Position numbers and translations under genes: made by a program. From the NCBI GenBank assembly GCA_051362555.1, contig CM120645.1:11036001-11100000 (forward strand): a stretch of 64,000 nucleotides of DNA, written 5' to 3'. Source of the stretch: Lingula anatina (Eukaryota; Animalia; Brachiopoda). The notes under the pieces are model-generated. The model was not told the origin of the DNA. It saw nothing but the letters and a program-made list of their open reading frames with translations, and made no database searches. Shown here piece after piece: positions 27,301-39,500 of the stretch (position 1 is its first letter; each line of letters opens with the position of its first letter).

Positions 27301-30300
27301 TTTCAAGGACAAAGAATAACCAATCAACCCACCTTTTTCTGAGAGCACTAAAACTCTGCTGCTGATACACGTGATAGCGGTGGTTGTTCTTCTTCTCCAA
27401 CTGAAAGTTTTCCATGAAGTCCACTTGTTGGTCTTCTGCTGCCTTTTCAGCAAAGTCTGTCAGGTCTGTTTTCACCCCCTCTAAATCCTGAGTCGAAACG
27501 AACACGTGTCTGCGACTTTCCGCAAAAGCCTCGTGTGCCATCCATTCTCTGAACTGCAAGGCGCCTAGGATGAATAAATGAGAACTTTTAGTCATTTGAA
27601 ATAAAATTTCAAATGAAAACTCCTTTTTAGTACCTATGATACATAATACAAATAATAATAATTATAATAATTTACTAAAAGAAGCATTCTTTCTTAGGCT
27701 TGAGGGTTATGAAGACACTTGCAATAAGAAAAATTATTATTTTTCTTAAAGAGATTAAGACCTGATACCCAAAAGAAATTCTACTTTCAACATCAATACA
27801 CTTCAGAAATAACCACAAAATACACAAAAACAATCCCACTGAAATTAGTTTCTTAAAAAAAAAACTGACTCAGTGTACGTGTTTTGGTAATCTGGTAAAT
27901 GCTGGGTGACCAATACCTCAGTATTTCAAATAAACATTTTTGGGAATTCATTAAAGCCCTATCATCTCTGTTGTTCATGTTTGACTGTTTTTTCCCTCAA
28001 AAAGCATGCATGCCTTGCAGAAATATTTACATAATATGTTCCCAGAAAAACCTGCATCTAATTCCTTTCCATTGTATTTTTCTTGGAATATTGAACATCT
28101 TCTAAGTAAAAAGGAACTGTAGGCTGCAAGGTATTAACATGATAAAAAAAAAAAATCAACAGGACTTCCAGTGAACTTAAGCCAGGAAATAGTCAAGGAA
28201 GTAGCCCAAGTCTGAAGTCCAATATAGCGTACTTTTTTGGTATTTTAATCTTAAATAACAAGTCCAGGACAAGGCTATGCAGTTGGTAGCTGATTTCACA
28301 GCTTCATTTAATAGTAAATCTTTTTTCTTTCAAAATTCATTTTTAAAAACCACACAGAGATAGTTCTATGTAGGTATTTACAGCCACTGAAACCATCTAA
28401 TTCAAGACTACTAGTAACTTGCAAGTGTCATAATGAAATGCATCATTTCCTAGAAGCAATAGAAATTATGTTATGGCCAATTAATCCCATTCAAGTAGCA
28501 GTGCCAGCTAGGTGTTGAAATAAATACAACAAACTGATGGAAATTCTCATTGAAATTATGGCATCACTCAGTCAAGATCTTACTGTAAGTGAAGGCTTAT
28601 AAATGTACGCTTAATTACCAACCTAACATGTATGAGCTTGTGTTCATGGTGCAATACATCTACTAGTACAGGTGTGTTCACATGGGAACTCATCATTACC
28701 TGTGCACATCATACTAAAGAGTGACACAGGAAGACATGAGGGGGGCAGGGTCAACTTTCTAAACCTCAAATAAAATCTGTTACAGAATACAGTAATAAAA
28801 GCTAGGCAAAATCTGCCAAAAATTGCATGCAATCTTCAAGAGCACAATCTCCTAAGAGTTCTCGTTTAATCAGGCAAGATCAATTTATCCCACAGACTCA
28901 GTCTCAGTGAATCCTTGTCTGTGCATGTTCCAAAGAAATAATGCACAGACTGTTTTGTAAATATATATATATCTAGATATTGCTGCACACATATTTCAAT
29001 ATGCAAGATAAGAGAGAATGTTGATAACCTGTCACACTCAGAATCATGCCCTGCTAATTTTAAACTAACAAATATGTCACGAGGCATCAGGTGGAAGGTG
29101 GTAATCTATTAATAATCACTCATAACTTAAATACTGGAGTGTGCGCCTTGTGCAAATTTTGCAGATACAGGTTCCATCAATGGCTTCCTACTCTGAATTA
29201 AGCAGCCAGATACAATTTGATATCTCCGTCAATTACTGAACAAATTTCCACCCACTTGTGAATTCCTGCCGACATGCAATAGGATTTTTCCACTCCACTA
29301 TCTCATTGCCAATTAATTCTAAGTACAAACAACAAGATTTTCATTGAAAATAACCTGTAACAATTGTCTCCAGGGAGCAGCTTCACAAGAAGTCAAGCCA
29401 GATGCTTTGAAGCACATGCTGAATAAGCAAATGGTCTGTAAAACTAAACAAAAGGGCTATATGGCAGAACTGCTCTCCAATATCTCACATTTCTCCTTTG
29501 TTCCTTTCCATTTTGCACACACGGTGATTTAATAACAAACACATCTACCACTATTTTCAAACAAAATCAAATTTTAACAATGCTGGGCACCACTTGAGCA
29601 GACAACCAAGCTGGAGTATGCTCAGCAGAAACAAATTAACCATAAAAACAATGATTTCTCAAATACCCCCACCAAGTTTTATCAATTGTTCTCTCACTGT
29701 AGTGGCTTATTATTCTACAATATCTGGCTGCAGAAAGAGATAGACATGTGATGATGAAATTAGGGCTGACAATAAAGAGCCAATATTCTTTCAAACAACC
29801 CATCCTGAAAGATGTTAACTCAGAGGGAGAAATGGCAGAGGAAAGTGTACTAGTAGTTGCCTGTGACCCCCCCCCACCCCCACCAACCCACCCTTTCTTA
29901 CACAAAAGCTGGGAAAAAGGCTGACGTATATCAAAACCAGATGCCAATTTCTTTACTCAAAGCACTCCAGCAAGTTGAATACAGTATATAAGGCCCCTGG
30001 ATGCAGTCCCCAAACCACATTTTAAAGTAAGCCATTTAGACAGAAAATAAACCACATTTCCAAAATCTACAAAAGAGCTGCCTGCTTGACAGCCATGGCC
30101 AGGTCAAGCAAAGAAATAAATCATGTAGGAAAATTAAGACAGTTCTTTACAATGGACAACAAAGGGACCCACTTTCAGTGGCATAACTGTAACATTCCAT
30201 ACGAGTTCATGCCAAAAGAATGCCCAAAGCTTGCATTTTTCATTTTTAGGTCATCTGAGTATCTTCATGAGAACAGAGGCTGTTATGCATGTGCTGCTAG

Positions 30301-32744
30301 AGAGCAGTTCCACTGCACATGGCAAAACACATGGGAATATTCAGTGAACATTGCATGCTAGCTGGCTGTCTGCTGGCATCTGGTTGCAGGTCATTTCAGG
30401 GGTTTTGTTTTAAATCAATTTAATAAGCCTACTGATAAGATATTTGAATTTCCATCAAAATTAGTGACACAGAAGCAAAATGTTTATATGAATATAAATC
30501 AATATGTTAAGGTGTCACTGACACAGTAACCTCTTTCCCAGAAGACAAGAAGTTCATCTTTTTTTTCAGAAAATCCTGAGGGTCTGAGTTCATGTTGCTT
30601 TTTGTCTATTACCTGTAACATATGATATAACAAGCAAGCCTCTTACATATATAACTTTTTAGATTGAATGTAGGCTGTATTACAGTCAACTTTGCAATGA
30701 TTCAAACAGAGCCCATTAACCTTAAAATTCTTTGGGCCTCTGTTAAAAAAATAAGTGTACACCAAAACTGTCCAAAGGTAAAACATTTCTATTCCCAGGG
30801 TCAAAGGTGACAGGAGCACCATGAAACAATTTGGCCAATGTATTCACACTGGAAGAAGAACTTCCTCAAAATTAGCCTTTTAATGTCTCCTGTCTACGCC
30901 CCCTTAATTTGGGACTCCAGAAAGGGGATTCCCCTCGCTGCTTCTCTATAGGAAATGGATTAGATAAGCAACTTAATCAGGTATTTCGCCATTCAGGTTT
31001 TCCCTAAAAAGGAGTGTGCTCTGACAGGTATTGCAACACGTTGATACCTGTCAATGGCGACAATGTCAACAGCATTGTTTGCTACTTATCACAAGAACCG
31101 GATATTTTGTCAGCAGAAGAAATGGGCACCTGTTGGCCCTTACTGTAACATGATGTAACATGGTCTTATTGGTTCTGGACAGCAGGAGGTCCAATGTCAA
31201 GATGGAATGCCAAGCACGTTAGACAGGATACAAAGCAATTCCTGACATAGTACTGTATGTGATCATATGATAAGTTCCAAGGCCCACATAAAAATGTGCA
31301 ATGTGATCTACTAATACAAATGTCATGCTGTCTTTTATCCAAAACTTCCACCTTTGTTTGTCATCATGATCTACCTGTTTCATCTTACAGTTGGAAAAAA
31401 ATTTGCAGAGAAAAATTCCAATTTAGGCTGCATGCTTGGAGTGCTTAAATTCTTAATTCATGAGTCCATTACATAAGAAGACATTACTAGTTTAAAGAAA
31501 TCGGAAATGACAGTTTAAGATTTATGTTGGCATTCAAAGTCAACAAGCATGATGACAGTGTACACAAGGAGACGTGTCTAAACACGACACCATAAATCAC
31601 ATGGGAGAATAAATCGGTCAACGTGAAAGGCAAGCCTTTCAAAACAAGAAAATAAGTGACATGAGAGAGTAAAACAGTAAAAATGTCAGACTGAGTGTTC
31701 TTTGACAAAAAATAAATAAATAAATAAATAAATAAATACATAAATAAATGCAGTCAATAAAAAAAATAAAAATAAAAAAATGGTGGATGTGATTTGATAG
31801 GTGAAATGATATGGTGCACAAGATAAATTATGCACATATCATTCGGATTTCTTAAAATGAAGAAAATAACTACAAATTATAATAATAATAATTATAATAA
31901 TATAACAATAATAAAATATTTAGTTACCTCTCTCATTCAGAGTGTCCTCTAGTGGTGGGTAAAGTTGATCGATAACTTTTAACCAGTCTTGCAGAATCAA
32001 CTGCCCAAGTTCCTGAGGAGTGCGGTAATATTTCACAGGCAGTCCTTTCTTCACAATCCTCTGTTTTAACTCCCTCACTTTCAGTGTCTCGTACTCTGAC
32101 TCTGGGTAAAAGACTTTCAGTTTGTTCTTTCTCTTTTCCTCTGGCAAGTCCACATATAAATAATCTACATGCTCTGGTTGGCGGAAATAAAAATAACAGT
32201 GTTTGCTATCGTTTAAGAAAACTGATTGCATAATTTCAAGTTCTGTGATGCTGCTCTGTTGGTGCGCCTCTTGTAGCACCCATTTGTGGCCTCCAGCTGC
32301 TGCCACCAGTAAGTTTTTATCCAACCAGAATGCATCTTTTGATAAGTCCTCGTAATTTTCTGGCACTGGAGGGGCATTTGGAGGTCTATGTCCCCCATAT
32401 CTCTCCCCAAGGAGTCCAATAAAGAAAGGTGCACTTTTATTGATATATTCTAAACAAAGCTGCAGAACGTGTCCCGAATTGGCTTGTGCATCGTTAATCC
32501 CCCAACGTAAATCAACTGGGGTGAAAGAGGTCCCCCTCTCCCTGCATACTGAGTCTATCGTTGGGAAGACTTTTTTGGTCAAATATTCTCTCTCACGTTG
32601 AAAGTCTTGAAATGTTGAGCTGATGAAGGGGCAGACAGGTTTCCTGAGGTGAAACTGCTGCTTCACGTGAGATAACGAGCGGTGCAGGCGCGGCGTTGGC
32701 GGCCCGCTGTCATCACTGTCACTAAAGAATGAATTTGCTCCCAT
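10319..32744 (-). CDS. TTC41: TTC41/GNN-like protein: DUF4062 + NACHT/STAND-like P-loop NTPase + NPHP3-type TPRs + long low-complexity C-terminal tail (~1609 aa, 17 coding exons)
   Basis: Exons (minus strand) 32744-31928, 27564-27333, 22704-22484, 19464-19310, 19016-18563, 18380-18141, 17085-16887, 16610-16430, 15575-15411, 14810-14702, 14420-14269, 13872-13683, 13369-13219, 12810-12661, 12251-12145, 11859-11767, 11532-10319; total 4830 nt, phases consistent. DUF4062 motifs FISSTFQDFQRER, VDLRWG, FIGLLGERYG, SITELEI. Walker A GERGCGKT, Walker B VLVLDGIDE. TPRs AESCYRLALSIREQWFGKNHPVVA and AEDLYRRALKIREQCLGSEHLLVA. An in-frame TAG lies just upstream of the ATG at 32744. The gene symbol rests on domain architecture plus head-to-head position with HSP90B1. 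Confidence 0.85.
19705..19768. repeat. 12-bp minisatellite (consensus TCACATGACCTG), about 5 copies
   Basis: tcacatgaccta tcacatggccta tcacatgacctg tcacatagcctg tcacacaacctg tcaca. Confidence 0.8.
23698..23986. repeat. Near-perfect 142-bp tandem duplication in a TTC41-like intron
   Basis: 'ataaagataaaaagaatgtgcaaaatgctg...gtctccatcaagat' begins at 23701 and again at 23843. This explains the spurious 188-aa ORF at 23716-24282. Confidence 0.9.
25270..25351. repeat. 49-bp-period tandem duplication containing X-box-like GTTGCCATAGTTAC
   Basis: 'ctccagtagttgccatagttacaaacatggaca' occurs at 25270 and 25319. Confidence 0.8.
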
Positions 32745-34383
32745 ATCTGCATACTATTTCTAAGGGAAAAAAGGAAAAAAGTCATTTGAAACATGCAACC
32801 GATAAAAAGAAAGAAAGAAAAAAACAAAACAAACAAACTCCTCACTAAATGCATTCCCTGCTCAGCATGATACTAAACATTTCAAGTGTGCTCACACTAC
32901 CTTTTCCATCGACATAACTCCTCACAGTAAGACACTCACAATAAACTGCCTAACATTTAAACACTCACTCAATATATAAACATATATGCAAATGACATAC
33001 AGTAAAGTGGCACATCGTACGAGATCATTTTCAGATCACCGAGAGACAAGCTATTAATTACCGCCAATTTCCTGTGCTCCAGTTCTCCTATCACTAAAAT
33101 CTGTAACAGAAGTGGTTAACGTCTCTCCGCAACTTGATGATATATCAGTTTGACCACGCGACTCAAAAATGATGCTGATTCATAAATTTTTATCTCCATT
33201 GTTGAAGTCCCCTGACCCCAAAGATACTGGAGAGACCACGTGTTGTTTTTACTAAACAAGGGAACTCCTCCAAACTGTTCAAACTTCAAAAACTAACCAT
33301 ATGAATGATTCACTAAGGTTATCACACTGCAGCATCACAGGTTGATGTGAACATCAGATTTCCCATACTTCAGAATAAAGCTGACTCACAGGCCTAAACT
33401 CCATTTACAAACACAAAAGGATATCCCTGCCTGGGACCAGACAGCGCTTTGCTGGCTAAATTTAACCGCAGAGAAAATCCCCAAGATTTTCCTCACTCTA
33501 AATCCTCCAATATTGCACAAGCTTCACCACTGGGGCCATCATCCACTTACCTCATGAAAAATCTATAGTAGCATAAACAAGTTGCGGATGTTAGCAACCT
33601 CCCGCGGTCATTCTAGCGCTGCTGCTGCACGTAGTAAATAATAGCACAGCGTATCCGTTCTACGGCATTATACCCAGGCAAAAGGGGTCGAGATCACAAA
33701 AAGGGGGCGCCTGGCGGGACAATAAATACATGAGTCATGAGGAAGTACCTGCTGACGTCATCCAAGGGGGACAAGATACATTTGGTGACACGCGGCTCCG
33801 GTGGATTCACCTGAGTTGCGGAGTGCGACAGCGAAGTTGCTTATCTCATGTTTCAGTCGCGTTGCGCATTCTTGACGTAAACTAAAATTGGAGTGTTCGT
33901 GCACCGAGACAGACGGATTAATCCGTTGACTTAACTACTTACCCTGACCACGCAAATATAGTATTTACAAAATACAAGACTTGCACTGCTTTGCAACAGT
34001 GGTGTTGAGCAATCCCCCAGAGGCCAGAAACTTACAGGCATATTTCTCATTAACAACGTCCGCGCCCAGCCCAAAAAACTTTCCCAAATATTGCACAATC
34101 CTATCAGCAGCAACATTTTTCTAAAATACATACTTTTCCTTTATCAGGCTCGGGTCTTCTTGTTGCTAGTCGCATATTCCATATTATCTACGTCATCTTA
34201 AAATAGTACAAGCTCCTTCTAAGATCAATAAAAGCAACAGGTCCCTCACAACACATCAAATATTTACCGGAAGTTTATTTAACTGATGAACTGTGGGAAA
34301 GAAATCCAGGAAGGAGAACAGAGGTCAAGGTCGGGTCAGGGTCACGGGGCCGAAGCGAGGATTTCCAATCCGGCACTAAGTGA

Positions 34384-34402
34384 CCAATCACGACAGGCCA
34401 CG
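34384..34402 (+). promoter_or_regulatory. ER stress response element (ERSE), perfect
   Basis: CCAAT-cacgacagg-CCACG matches CCAAT-N9-CCACG, about 200 bp upstream of the HSP90B1 ATG. Confidence 0.9.
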
Positions 34403-34419
34403 CTCGGACGTAACTTTTA

Positions 34420-34438
34420 CTTGGTGTTATTTGATTGG
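34420..34438 (-). promoter_or_regulatory. ERSE-like element, one mismatch
   Basis: Minus strand reads CCAAT-caaataaca-CCAAG. Confidence 0.65.
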
Positions 34439-34462
34439 GCACATTTATGGACCGAATTTATG

Positions 34463-34481
34463 CGTGGTGGATTTTGATTGG
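34463..34481 (-). promoter_or_regulatory. ER stress response element (ERSE), perfect, reverse orientation
   Basis: Plus strand CGTGG-tggattttg-ATTGG, i.e. minus strand CCAAT-N9-CCACG. Confidence 0.88.
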
Positions 34482-34603
34482 TTGGTTGCTACACATGCTT
34501 TAAGTTGGGAACTTCCTCTCTCGAACACACTCACGTTGGGAAGCTTTCAGGGCGAGCTCTTTAATTGTGAGAAGGGCACAGTATTTCTCTTCAACCTTCA
34601 GCC

Positions 34604-36464
34604 ATGGCGAGGAAATATTTGTTCCTCGGAATATTGGGGCTTATTTTATTAGCTGGTAAGTTGTCAGAGTGTCAATCTGCAAGAGTGAAGTCCTCAAGGT
34701 CGAAGCCGGTTGCACTGACCGGCGAAAAAGTCAATAACAAAAAATGTCAAAATCCAATGCTCTTTGCTCACCTTTGTAAGCGAAGTGATGTACTTACTGA
34801 GTTTATGCACGTAACAGTGCTGATGTAGTGTTGAAGATTGAGCAGGTGGCTGAATCTGAACAGTGTTGAGCTGTTAAGATTGGGGATATAGAATTAATTT
34901 TTTTGGGCATGTGAATGGGAGGAGTACTGTATATTACATGTATAAACTTGGAATCTAGATTGGATTCTGATAGTTACGCTTTTTCAAAGTTTAGCAATTG
35001 TTTCGTAATTTATTGACATTGCATCCTGCATGAAACCACCCCAAGCACTGGTTACATATTTGCAACAAGGCGATTTATGCAAAAGACTACAGAAGAAAGG
35101 TGGCAAACAGAAGAGAGAGAATGTCCTTTGCTCTTCTTCAATCTCGAACATTCTGAGATCTGCAACTTGCAATCCAGTGGTGGATTTAGAAGAGGGGTCC
35201 GGGGGGTCCTGACACCCCCTTTGATTTCTGAAAAACAGTTACACCAATAATACCTGCTTGAAATTAGAATTTTGCCCAGCTGAAGCATAGTTGTGAACCC
35301 TACCAAATGGCACTGTTAGACCGCTAAAATACCTATTTTTTGGGGGGGTTCCTTAAGAAGCCCACCAAACCCCACACCAAGTGGAGGGGGAAGGTTGGCT
35401 TGGCAACCACCGACCCCACCTTCAGATAATCCTGGATCTGTCCCTGCAATATGTTGTTTGTGATCAACACAACCTTGATGTTTTGAGTGATTCAAACAGT
35501 AAGATAATCAGTAACAGTTGGGTTAAAGTTCCAACATCTATTAACTTGTCCCCCTCCCCCTTTCACCGTCAAAATGGAATTTTCAAAATGAAATCCCATA
35601 GATATATGTTAAATAGGTTACTTGTGAAGACGGGTACATATTACATGTAGACGTACCCCAAGAATTCTTCACAAATGTTCTACTAACTATTACACAAAAC
35701 TCAAAGAATGGTGTAAGAACTAAAATAAGGCAACATATAGTTATGGGCAGGTTCTTAAATTGAAATTGAGCATATTGATCTAGAACTGCCTGTAGCTTAT
35801 CACTTGGAGGTGTTCTTGCTACAGGTGGTATGTGAGGAATCCTATTACCTGTAGAGGTTTTTTAAGCTGCATGCATGATCATATTGAGTAGTATAACCTC
35901 TTTCCCAGGATGTTTGGTGTAGTAACTGCTGTTTGCAGTGAATCAGGAATGAGATTTTTCTGACTGTCAGCAGTTTTTCGACTTTTTAGGAACCAAATTT
36001 GAAAAGTATCATCTCTCCTTCCCCTGGACCCCATGCCATACCAAACCATTTAACAATTATGATTATCATAATTATAATGTGGTAAATAGTGAGCTTTGAG
36101 ACTTAAATTGGATAAAATTATTTAAAAATTAGGCAAGTAAAAAAGGCTTGAGAGGTGTACTGGTAGATATTGGTTTTTAGTACTATTAACCTATAAGTAC
36201 TGTCTTTATTAAACTGAATACGTAAGTGTACCATTTTTTGCTGGGATAAAAATATCTTAACTCTCGGCAACTCTGATATACTTCTAGATGTACTGCTTTT
36301 GTTCTTCAGGATTCACAGTTGCAGCAGATGGAGATGATGGTGAGGAGGCAGCCACAGTTGATGCTGACATCGGCAAGAGTCGAGATGGCTCAAAGACTGA
36401 TGATGAGGCAGTACAAAGGTGGGTGCACACACATGCAAACACACTCTTACATGCTGGCGCGTGT

Positions 36465-36505
<41 letters not shown>

Positions 36506-39500
36506 CAGTAGTAGACTATTACACACACACATGCATGTACGCACACATGCACACACACACACTGTCTGCTACTAGTAGACTGTTGCACACCTTGTTTAGC
36601 AATGAATAACTCATATTAAGTTTACTGTACGCTATGGCTGACTTACATGCTCAGACATAAGGTTATCCATGTACTTTAGCCGGTAAGATGTGATCCCTTA
36701 CACCTTCATCATCATTTCAGGAAGGGGGCATTTCAAAATCTCAAAATGAGTTACTGGCTCGTATAATACAGAATATGTTGAGTCAGAAGGATGTCCAAAT
36801 TTAGGCTTCTTTAGGTAAAATCTGCAGGATAAAAGAAAAGAATAAGTAGTTCTAAAGAATAACTGTCTCTCTAACCTTTATTCAGGTGGCCTGTTGTTGA
36901 GCTGGTGACTTCATGATTGCTGCCTCCAGTGGAAATTACAGAAACTTTGTTTCTGTTGGCTTTATGTTGGCTCTAAAGCAAAATAAAAAGCAATGAAATA
37001 CTGAATGCTTCCTATTTGTATTTTTTCTTGTGCATTGTCTAAAGATGAGAATAGCATCAATTTTGTGCTTTTTTGGTCACTCATGCTGTCAGACCTCAGA
37101 AAACACTAGTTTGAATAAAGATTTATCAGTCCTAAGACGAGATATTTTAAGGAAGATTGATTTAAAACAACTGCTTATTTTAACTGAAGTCTAATCAGAA
37201 GAATAACTTTGTTAAATGAAATTGCCTAGGGCTGGTGGCAAATGCCACATATTTGAAGATGTTTGGTCGATATCATTCAGTAAAAAACATCCTTTAGTAT
37301 TTGATGAGTAGAGGCAGCTTATCGTCAGCCGTCACCAGTTTGTTTTTATCAAAGAACAATCTACCCACACTCCATTCAAATATCCAATTTTAGCAGATTG
37401 CAGCTCCATCCCCTTCCTCACTACCTGAGACGATTGTTTGAAATAATTTTGAAATAGGTAATCAAAACTTTGATATTGTTTCACAGAGAAGAAGAGGCTA
37501 TAAAGTTAGACGGGCTGAGTGTGGCACAGATGAAGGAGATGAGAGAGAAAGCTGAGAAACACACATTCCAAGCTGAGGTGGACAGGATGATGAAACTGAT
37601 CATCAATTCTCTCTACAAAAACAAAGAGGTAAGCTTTGGAAAGAATTTCATTTAGAAAAAAAATTAAAATCAGCAAATAAATTTCCATCAGCTGTGTTAA
37701 TATGCACTTAGTAATCATGATGACAGTTTCCACAGTCCCCATTCAGATTGTGTTGAGGCTTTGAGTAAAAGTTACCTTTTTTACTGACAGGCACTGAGAT
37801 ATTGGAGTGCTTGAATCAATAATTCCACTCCAGTATCTCAGTGACTGTCAAGCTCAAGAGGAAAGTTTTTTTTTCAAAAACTGGAAATTATTGGTATATA
37901 GTACCTTCGATGCTGGCAGGAAAAATGTAGAGGTGATCGCAGATATTGAGGATGATTGCAGAAATTACAATTCCAGTTTAGGGAGAAAACTAAGTCTAAA
38001 TTGTTTGAATGATTTTGAAATTGGTTTATATTCATTTAGCTGTTTATCTTTATTTTGTTTGCTCACACCTAAAAAAAAAATCAAACTAGTCAATGCCCTT
38101 ATGAAAATACATTAGTCCCCCCCCCCAAAAAAAAAAAAAAAAAAAAAACTGCTTCTGGTTGTATTTCATCTTTATTATTATTATTTAAGCATTTCTTTTC
38201 TTATGATTCCTATTATTTTGTAAGTGAACATATATCTTGAAGTCTGAGCCTCCCCTTTTCATAATTTAGATACATTTGTTGTATTTGATCTCATGCTGAC
38301 TGACTTGTTGACGTCAGACAGGGGTAGAAATAGCTGTTAATTTAACTGCTAAGACACGTGCAGAAATACTTAGAAACCACTAGATCTTCACCTCAGCCAG
38401 ACTCTTGTCCAAAAGAGATATCAGGTCCATTATTTCATAGGTAATGCTGCACATAATGGCAGTTTTAGAAAAAGATCCAGGGGAAAATGTTTTTTTTTAT
38501 GCAGTAGGAGTTTCTACACTTGGCCAAAGAAGTTTGGAAACATGAAATTGTTTTTCAGTAATTAACGATGTTTCTACTTTTTTTTTTGGTCAAGTGTTTA
38601 TTTTTTAAACCATACTTTAAAATGCAGTAAACTGGATCAAGATCATGGCCTGTTACTTTCAGTTACATTTTTTTTCTCGTTTGAAGCAGCAGATTTTCAA
38701 GTGTTAGTTTAGTGTTCATAATATAACGATGCCTGCTTGCTCTGAGCACTGTAAGTAATGGTGAAAACCTTGCCAAGGAATCGTACTGGTAAAAGGAATT
38801 GGTGTGGGTGTGGGCCCCCATTTATTACTGAGGTTTTCAGGGGTCGAAATGTTTAGAAAATCATACTTTCCCTGCCGGGAAAGTGATTTTGTACATTACT
38901 TTCCCTGCAGGAAAGTAGCTTTCCCTGACAACAAAATCATGAAGACCGATTTCCCTGATATTAAATTAGTTTATTTTAATATGATGATGAATTATAAAGG
39001 AAATAACATATCTTTGAGAAATTAATGTTTATTGTTATGAAATAAACTAACATGGCATCCATATATAGTGTTTTTTATAACAACTGGGTATACGTATTTG
39101 TCAACATTAATGTGACTGAAATCTTAGTACCAAATACATATGCTGCATATGCAGTGCTGACTGGAAGGGCCATTACAATGGCCGAGAGAGCACAAATATT
39201 AGGGTAAATGTCTTTAAGTACAGTCAGCATTTTACTTAAAAAGGTTACTATGTCCTCGCCCTTTTCATGAAGTTCCAGCATGGATTTTTTTAACTGAGGC
39301 CATTCAGCCTGGCACATGTTTGTTATAAAGCCAGAGTTATCCAGTGTCCTCCTTAAATGTTCTGAAAGCCTTTCAATTGTCTCATCTCCATACTCGTCAC
39401 TGTCTATATTCTCCATGGGTCCATCTTTGGCAGCTAAAAAGTAAGTATTAATGGTAATTGATAGATTGAGATTTTATTGCAATTATATACAGTTACAGAG

